Positions 1 through 4,506 of a stretch of DNA of 9,966 nt are shown one piece after another; positions within the stretch are counted from its first letter, which is position 1, and each line of letters begins with the position of its first letter. The position numbers and the translations under genes are program-made. This stretch comes from a virus, in the UHGV virus genome UHGV-2186022. The stretch is one strand, 5' to 3'. The notes beneath the pieces were generated by a model, which saw only the letters and a list, made by a program, of their open reading frames with translations, ran no database searches and had not been told where the DNA came from.

Positions 1-282
1 TTACCGCCGTAACCGCTCCGGCTTCTTCCAGTGGTACGTAATTTTTGCTTTTTCCCTGTACGTCTGCACGCGGCGACGGTAGGCCAGCATTTCAAGAACG
101 CGGATCCGTATGTTGCGCATATCCACATCATTAAGCTGGATACCATCACGGCGCATCACCTCAGCAACAACACGCGCATAATTTTCGGCTGTCACGCTGT
201 CCGGCTGCGTGGCCTGTTCGTCAGTCTGCTGGCTGATTCCACCAGCACGGCGGATTAATCCCAGTATTTCGGCTTCTGTCAT
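1..282 (-). CDS. hypothetical protein (93 aa)
   Basis: ATG at 282-280 with a GGGGG Shine-Dalgarno-like motif 5 nt upstream on the minus strand; in-frame TAA at 3-1. The longer 1..480 track ORF would read through the cos-like element, so the internal start is preferred. No family recognised. Confidence 0.5.
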   Translation of the reverse strand: MTEAEILGLIRRAGGISQQTDEQATQPDSVTAENYARVVAEVMRRDGIQLNDVDMRNIRIRVLEMLAYRRRVQTYREKAKITYHWKKPERLRR

Positions 283-315
283 TGTGCCCCCATCGCTCTG
301 ATAGTCTGGTGTCGT

Positions 316-395
316 CGGGTCCTTCCTGGAATTATGGCCCGTTACGGGGCGACGACCTCGCGCGTTTTCACTATTTATGAAAATTTTTCGGGATC
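316..395 (+). other. lambda-type cos site, copy A (cosQ-side flank, cosN, start of cosB)
   Basis: Plus strand 341-395 reads GTTACG GGGCGACGACCT CGCGCGTTTTCACTATTTATGAAAATTTTTCGGG. This matches the recalled lambda right-end/left-end junction (GTTACG + GGGCGGCGACCTCGCGGGTTTTCGCTATTTATGAAAATTTTCCGG) with one mismatch in the 12-nt cohesive-end sequence (347-358). 316-324 CGGGTCCTT matches the lambda right-end ACGGGTCCTTTCCGG. Confidence 0.7.
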
Positions 396-494
396 CATGT
401 CCGGTTTCTCTGCAAGTTAACCATATGAAAAATATAAAAACATGCTTTCCATGAACCGGACATGCGCAAAAAACAGACACTAAAACCGGACATC
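396..494. repeat. three copies of a 12-bp motif CATGTCCGGTTT in the cosB position of cos A (candidate small-terminase binding sites)
   Basis: 396-407 CATGTCCGGTTT (forward); 453-464 GAACCGGACATG and 483-494 AAACCGGACATC (both reverse, 11/12 match). An A-tract-rich segment (408-452) lies between copies 1 and 2. Layout resembles lambda cosB (R sites plus IHF site) but the motif differs from the lambda CGTTTCC core. Confidence 0.45.
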
Positions 495-561
495 GAACCA
501 GTTAACCGAAAGTGTGCACAAATCACATGCATTGCTGCGAGTGATTAACAAGTTATCGGCT

Positions 562-996
562 TTACTGTTCTGTATCGGCTGATTGCTCCATGCTGGCACG
601 GCGAACGCTTACGGCATGACGCCACCCAGCCAGAAAGCCAGCCATTTTATTTCGTGCCTTGCTCACATCTTCCGGTGAATAGCCGTAAATCTGCAAACCT
701 TCATCAAATCGATGTTCTGTTTCTTCACTGGAGTACTCGTCACGCTCAGATGAAAGCAGCCTGGCAAACATAATTTTTTCCAGCGCACTGGTTTCTACGT
801 GATATCTGATGGCCTCAAGACGGCTTTTACCTGAAGACCAAAGCAATGTATGCCCGATGTGATAACCGCCAGACTTTCCGCGATCCGCATTAAGATACGG
901 CATCCCCTGTTTGGTCCATGCGCGAATAGTGGTTCTGTTAACCTTGAAATGTTCAGCTATTTCCTGCTGACTTACAAAACAAGCTTTATCAATCAT
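562..996 (-). CDS. Nu1-like small terminase subunit-like DNA-binding protein (144 aa)
   Basis: ATG at 996-994 with AAGG 8 nt upstream; TAA at 564-562. N-terminus VSQQEIAEHFKVNRTTIRAWTKQGMPY aligns by eye with lambda Nu1 KKQLADIFGASIRTIQNWQEQGMPV (winged HTH, GMP motif) followed by a GGKG-like G-rich loop. Shorter than Nu1 (181 aa). Sits between two cos copies. Confidence 0.55.
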   Translation of the reverse strand: MIDKACFVSQQEIAEHFKVNRTTIRAWTKQGMPYLNADRGKSGGYHIGHTLLWSSGKSRLEAIRYHVETSALEKIMFARLLSSERDEYSSEETEHRFDEGLQIYGYSPEDVSKARNKMAGFLAGWRHAVSVRRASMEQSADTEQ

Positions 997-1063
997 AATG
1001 TTACCTTAACTGCATGGTTAAATATTAATCAAGTGGTGGTGGTGTCACCTTCACGGAAAAACG

Positions 1064-1128
1064 TCATAAATAGCGAAAACCCACGAGGTCGCCGCCCCGT
1101 AACGGGTCCATATGCCGGAAAGGACCCG
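1064..1128 (-). other. lambda-type cos site, copy B (cosQ-like, cosN identical to lambda, truncated cosB)
   Basis: Minus strand reads ACGGGTCCTTTCCGGCATATGGACCCGTTACG GGGCGGCGACCT CGTGGGTTTTCGCTATTTATGA. The 12-mer at 1097-1086 is identical to the lambda cohesive end; first 15 nt match the lambda right end. About 85 percent identical to copy A over roughly 65 bp, in inverted orientation. Confidence 0.7.
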
Positions 1129-1129
1129 T

Positions 1130-1152
1130 AAAAAAAGCCGGATTTCTCCGGC
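1130..1152 (-). terminator. rho-independent terminator of the head operon
   Basis: On the minus strand, hairpin GCCGGAGAAATCCGGC (1152-1137) followed by TTTTTTT (1136-1130), 7 nt after the TGA of the 137-aa gene. Confidence 0.7.
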
Positions 1153-1158
1153 CTTATG

Positions 1159-1572
1159 TCAGATGGTTTTCAGTATGCGATCGACGTCGCCTTCATCGCC
1201 CTGGTTTCTGCCGTCGTATGCCATGCCGGGTGATACGGCTTTCGGGCTGTGCATGTCCATAAAGTTTTCAAAGGCTGCGGTAAGCTCCGGCGCAACCTTT
1301 GGGCGCTCCTGCTCTATGGTCATGTTCAGGATTTCACGAGCATTATCGACGCTAATACATGGCACGTTTGCCATTGCACGTAACAGCGGCTGATAGTCGT
1401 TATGTTCATGAAGCGCCATAATCGCATCAGCGCGCGGCTTGTCCTGCTCTTCCAGTTTGTTGAGTTGATATACGGCCTCGTAGGTTGATAAACCTCTGTC
1501 AGCCATTGCCCGCGCTTCTGCTTTAAATTTACTCGCCAGCGGTAGCGCCATGATGCTTTCATTCGTTGCCAT
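1159..1572 (-). CDS. hypothetical protein (137 aa), last gene of the head operon
   Basis: ATG at 1572-1570 with AGCAGGGGAAACG upstream (SD GGGG); TGA at 1161-1159; 12-bp gap after the D-like gene. No family recognised; position after the capsid genes suggests a head-assembly or packaging accessory role (inference only). Confidence 0.6.
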   Translation of the reverse strand: MATNESIMALPLASKFKAEARAMADRGLSTYEAVYQLNKLEEQDKPRADAIMALHEHNDYQPLLRAMANVPCISVDNAREILNMTIEQERPKVAPELTAAFENFMDMHSPKAVSPGMAYDGRNQGDEGDVDRILKTI

Positions 1573-1584
1573 CGTTTCCCCTGC

Positions 1585-1920
1585 TTATCGCGCCAGCGGC
1601 TGAACGGATACGCCAGAACCCGCAAAGGCGGCGCATTTTTTCGCGTCAGTGTCGGCGCTCTCAGGCCAGTTTACGGCGGCGATATTAAATATCCCCGTCT
1701 TGTAACACTGTGCTGATTTCTGCTTTGACGTGTCCACGGGGTACGAGGTCAGATAAACAGCCTTCCCAGATTCCTGACCATCCCACGGCTTAAACTCGCC
1801 ATTGTCCGCCAGCATCAGCGGGGTAAATTCCTGAATAACGCCAGCATCAGCGGCAAAATGTACCAGCGTCGTGGATACCTGCTGACTGCCTGCAAATAAC
1901 TCAATGTATGGAGTGTCCAT
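1585..1920 (-). CDS. head decoration protein, lambda gpD-like (111 aa)
   Basis: ATG at 1920-1918 with GGGGGA SD; TAA at 1587-1585. By-eye alignment to lambda gpD: TPLML, WDG, YK(T/S)G(I/T)F, WPE(S/A)A and C-terminal KK..AFAG(S/T)..S(V/I) shared. Confidence 0.8.
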   Translation of the reverse strand: MDTPYIELFAGSQQVSTTLVHFAADAGVIQEFTPLMLADNGEFKPWDGQESGKAVYLTSYPVDTSKQKSAQCYKTGIFNIAAVNWPESADTDAKKCAAFAGSGVSVQPLAR

Positions 1921-1931
1921 AGAATCCCCCG

Positions 1932-2987
1932 TTAAGCAATTTTGACGGTAACAAATTTGCGAATATCTGCCGGAACCGGCTGCGGTGCGCTGTGCGTCTG
2001 CACGTACTCAATCGCCGGATCGCCGTCCTCAATCCAGTTTTTCGGGTAGTACATGTTTTGCGTTGCGCCTGTTCTTACCGCTTCCTGATCCATAATCGCA
2101 CCATAGGCCACCAGCCCTTTGTTGTTGGTGTTGCCCAGGACCAGCAAATCAGGATCAAGGAAATATTTTTCTGTGCCGTCGCTGTCAGTGTATTTGCCGG
2201 AATAGACGATAAGGGCCAGATCACCAAGATAGCCTTTAAAGCTCACCACTTCGCCCAGGTTTTTACATGCCAGCTCTGCGGCGGATTCTGAACCACGGGA
2301 GAGATCGTACAGTTCACGGAATTTTTTAAAGCTGCGTAACATGCGCCATACATCAACGCCCATAATCATGACGTTTGCGGGGCAACCTGCCTGATCTGCG
2401 TATAGCTCAATGTCATAGATTGGGTCGTGTATGTCTTTGTCCTGCTCTGACCATTTTTTACCGTCGGCCTGCTCTATGATGTTTTTTTCCGGTATCTTCC
2501 AGTCGATTTCATAGCGCTCTATGCCTTCGCCCTCAATGATGTTTTTTCCGGTCGTTATCGCATTCACCGCCAGCCATTCCACGCGCGCTTTAATGGCGTT
2601 TATCTGGCGGCGCATGTTGCCAGTAATCAGGCGCATACGGCGGTAGGTAGGGTCGTTAAGCTGTGCCGGATCTTCTCCAGCCATGCGCATTATTGTTTTT
2701 AATGGATCGATTTCGTGTTTTGGCTTCATGTAGCCAGGGCGAATAATGCTGGTTTCGTACCCTTTATCGCGCTGAACCTGGCTACCAACCATAGGCGAAC
2801 AAAACGCCGACATAGTGACTTCTTCAATATCCAGGTTATCTAACATGATGTCCTGTGTGTTGAATGTCGCCACGTTCGGGAAAAACAGCGTGGTAAACAG
2901 AGGGCTGAATTTAAAATCCGCAATATCCCCGCGATTCAGGTACATGAAAAGCTGGTTAGTGTTAAGTGCCGTTGCTTTGCCTGCCAT
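1932..2987 (-). CDS. major capsid protein, lambda gpE-like (351 aa)
   Basis: ATG at 2987-2985 with GGGGG SD; TAA at 1934-1932. By-eye alignment to lambda gpE across the length: FKFSPLF vs FKFDPLF, PGYMKPKHEIDP vs PGYVKPKHEVNP, EDPAQLNDPTYRRMRLI vs EDPQNLADPAYRRRRII, WSEQDK vs WSKRDK, VSFKGYLGDLALIVYSG vs VSYKGMYGDVAIVVYSG, LVLGNT, YPKNW..GDPA. Confidence 0.9.
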   Translation of the reverse strand: MAGKATALNTNQLFMYLNRGDIADFKFSPLFTTLFFPNVATFNTQDIMLDNLDIEEVTMSAFCSPMVGSQVQRDKGYETSIIRPGYMKPKHEIDPLKTIMRMAGEDPAQLNDPTYRRMRLITGNMRRQINAIKARVEWLAVNAITTGKNIIEGEGIERYEIDWKIPEKNIIEQADGKKWSEQDKDIHDPIYDIELYADQAGCPANVMIMGVDVWRMLRSFKKFRELYDLSRGSESAAELACKNLGEVVSFKGYLGDLALIVYSGKYTDSDGTEKYFLDPDLLVLGNTNNKGLVAYGAIMDQEAVRTGATQNMYYPKNWIEDGDPAIEYVQTHSAPQPVPADIRKFVTVKIA

Positions 2988-3193
2988 TATTCACCCCCAT
3001 AATTTTTATGCATCCCAAGCGCCGCAAGTAAATAAGAGCGTACAAGTGAACCTATCGACGGCTCCGGCGTCATCAGCGGATCCAGTCCAGCCGCCACGCC
3101 AGCCTCATAGTTTTTTTTGTGGCGCTGCTTGAGCACCTCCACGATTTCGGGGCTTATGTACACCGAAACACCGCCTTTTTTCTCTTCAGCCAT
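2987..3193 (-). CDS. hypothetical small protein (68 aa), first gene of the head operon
   Basis: ATG at 3193-3191 with AAGAGGA 10 nt upstream; TAA overlaps the capsid ATG by one base (TAATG), implying translational coupling. N-terminus GGVSVYISPEIVEVLKQ is weakly reminiscent of an RHH beta-strand plus helix; not a firm call. Confidence 0.6.
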   Translation of the reverse strand: MAEEKKGGVSVYISPEIVEVLKQRHKKNYEAGVAAGLDPLMTPEPSIGSLVRSYLLAALGMHKNYGGE

Positions 3194-3228
3194 AGTAAGA
3201 AATTCCTCTTCGACTTAAAAAATCATAA

Positions 3229-3278
3229 CTGGATGTTCATCCAGCTCTGATTATAATCATGATTGCATTTTGTGCAAT
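3229..3278 (-). promoter_or_regulatory. candidate sigma70 promoter and operators of the head operon
   Basis: Minus-strand -10 TATAAT (rc of 3250-3255) inside a perfect 12-bp palindrome TGATTATAATCA (3248-3259). Weak -35 TTGCAC (rc of 3272-3277), 16-bp spacer. Dyad ATTGCA-N5-TGCAAT (3262-3278) overlaps the -35. Second dyad CTGGATG-TT-CATCCAG (3229-3244) lies at the predicted transcription start. Confidence 0.45.
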
Positions 3279-3354
3279 GATATTGAGTTGTGTTGCAAAT
3301 TATGAAATGATGATCCCGATCATGTGTGTCAGTGCACCAAAAAGCCTCATATGC

Positions 3355-3395
3355 AAAAGCCCGATAAGCCACCTCTGACCTTATCGGGCTTTTTT
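3355..3395. terminator. strong hairpin, likely plus-strand (possibly bidirectional) terminator
   Basis: Perfect 11-bp stem AGCCCGATAAG (3358-3368) and CTTATCGGGCT (3380-3390), 11-nt loop, then TTTTT (3391-3395) on plus; preceded by AAAA so a weaker minus-strand terminator is also possible. No plus-strand ORF upstream. Confidence 0.5.
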
Positions 3396-3504
3396 ATCTG
3401 CCTGCAAAGATGTCGAACGAAAATTAACCACAACCATCATCTTTTTTGCATCAAAACAATTAAAAACAATAAATTACGCTCATGATGATGATGACGATAA
3501 AATC

Positions 3505-3570
3505 ACAAAAATGCGCTTTTTTCCGCGCCTCCCGCCCCGTGTTCAGGCCCACCCCGCCAGGAGGACCCGT
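3505..3570 (-). other. degenerate third cos-like copy (copy C)
   Basis: Minus strand reads ACGGGTCCTCCTGGCGGGGTGGGCCTGAACACGGGGCGGGAGGCGCGG, alignable to copy B (ACGGGTCCTTTCCGG...GTTACGGGGCGGCGACCTCG) at roughly 70 percent. The cosN-equivalent 12-mer is degraded. Confidence 0.4.
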
Positions 3571-3592
3571 AAAAAAGCCGGATTGCTCCAGC
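3571..3592 (-). terminator. rho-independent terminator of the SSB-like operon
   Basis: Minus-strand hairpin GCTGGAGCAATCCGGC (3592-3577, one G-T wobble) followed by TTTTTT (3576-3571), 16 nt after the TAA of the SSB-like gene. Near-identical to the 1130-1152 terminator. Confidence 0.65.
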
Positions 3593-3608
3593 TTCTGTCA
3601 CTCGTCGC

Positions 3609-3977
3609 TTAAAACGGTATGTTATCCCCGTACGGATCATCATTCCCCGCCTGTTGTTTTGCCCTGTTCAGCGCGTCAGTAGCCTGGCCCTGTTGACCTT
3701 TTTTGCCGCCCAGTCGCGCCGTTCGCGCACTGATTACACTGTCTGCGATAACCTGCCAGCCCTGCCGCGTTTCTCCGTTCTGCCCAGTCCACTGGCTGAT
3801 CTGCATGTTACCCGCCACGCTCAGGAGTTCACCCTTGCGGTGCCTTTCCAGTGCTTCGGCCTGGCTGCACGGAAGGGGGGCCGCCATACGCGCCAGCGTC
3901 ATCGGTGTGCCCTTGCTGGTCTGTTTTACCTGCGGGTCGTCCACCAGCCGCCCGTAAGCTGCTATCTGTGCTGTCAT
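3609..3977 (-). CDS. short SSB-like protein (122 aa) with C-terminal ..DNIPF tail
   Basis: ATG at 3977-3975 with GGAGAGG SD; TAA at 3611-3609. N-terminus [25 protein letters not shown] resembles E. coli SSB [41 protein letters not shown] resembles TRKWTDQSGQDRYTTEV; C-terminus [11 protein letters not shown] resembles the SSB acidic tip DFDDDIPF. The middle of the OB fold appears shortened. Confidence 0.6.
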   Translation of the reverse strand: [122 protein letters not shown]

Positions 3978-4219
3978 GATTCCACCTCTCCGGTTTTAAC
4001 GTTGATGGTTGTCACCTGTTCCGCTTCGGCAATCTCCCGTTCTGTCAGCGTGGCAAAGTTTGCCGCTGCCGTGGTCATGAATGCGCTTACCAGTTCGGGA
4101 TGTGCTTTTGCGTACCCTTCTCCCGCGTTGCGGTCGATGATTTTTATCGCCACCCTCAGCCAGTGTTCTGTCAAATCAAGGGCGTGAGATTGTGGTTTTT
4201 TTGCGTGCTTCGTTGTCAC
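3974..4219 (-). CDS. hypothetical protein (81 aa), GTG start
   Basis: GTG at 4219-4217 with GAGG 11 nt upstream; stop overlaps the SSB-like start (ATGA). No family recognised. Confidence 0.45.
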   Translation of the reverse strand: MTTKHAKKPQSHALDLTEHWLRVAIKIIDRNAGEGYAKAHPELVSAFMTTAAANFATLTEREIAEAEQVTTINVKTGEVES

Positions 4220-4270
4220 AGGCTTTACCTCACAGCAATAAAATAAAATTTTTGCATTTTAACCCTTCAC

Positions 4271-4494
4271 CTGTTCACCTTTTGAGATTTTCCCTTTTTA
4301 TTCATAATGTTAAGGGGTGAACAGTTTCACAAAAACTATTCACCAACTGTTCACCACTGTTCACCCTTAAAGCTCAATAAATAATCAAAAAGGTGAACAG
4401 TGAATAGTTTGGTGAACAGTTCACAAATAACTGTTCACCCTATAATGTACTGATATAAAAGATATTTATAACAGGGTGAACAGTGGTGAACAGT
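4271..4494. repeat. iteron array, putative origin of replication
   Basis: Nine copies of the 9-10-bp motif GGTGAACAGT in both orientations. Forward at 4316-4325, 4392-4401, 4411-4420, 4475-4484, 4485-4494; reverse (ACTGTTCACC) at 4271-4279, 4346-4355, 4356-4365, 4431-4439. AT-rich spacers at 4281-4310 and 4441-4470. Immediately downstream of the primase stop. Confidence 0.8.
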
Positions 4495-4506
4495 TATTCC
4501 ATAAGT

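Noticed and set aside
1-480. Long 159-aa form of the leftmost minus-strand ORF
   Set aside because: The upstream extension reads through the cos-like element (316-395) and lacks an SD; the internal ATG at 282 with a GGGGG motif is the more credible start.
300-1160. Interpretation of the cos region as part of an ordinary lambdoid prophage
   Set aside because: In a lambdoid prophage cos is followed by full-length Nu1 and the large terminase gene A. Here the Nu1-like gene is short, is followed by an inverted second cos and a 93-aa ORF, and the head genes are in non-lambda order next to satellite-type replication and integration genes.
850-1393. Plus-strand ORFs 850..1131 and 1112..1393
   Set aside because: They are antisense shadows of the Nu1-like and 137-aa genes and run across the cos B and terminator sequences; no SD and no coding-like composition. 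The peptide similarity between 850..1131 and 1..480 just reflects the inverted cos repeat.
1992-3132. Plus-strand ORFs 1992..2291 and 2815..3132
   Set aside because: They lie antisense within the clearly homologous capsid E gene; no start or SD support.
3482-4187. Plus-strand ORFs 3482..3682, 3654..4187 and 3703..3957
   Set aside because: They overlap the cos-like copy C, the terminator and the antisense of the SSB-like gene, with Pro/Ser/Ala/Cys-rich low-complexity translations and no SD.
4271-4494. Possible CRISPR array suggested by the short repeats
   Set aside because: Repeats are only 9-10 bp, occur in both orientations with irregular spacing and no unique spacers of uniform length; the pattern fits origin iterons, not CRISPR.
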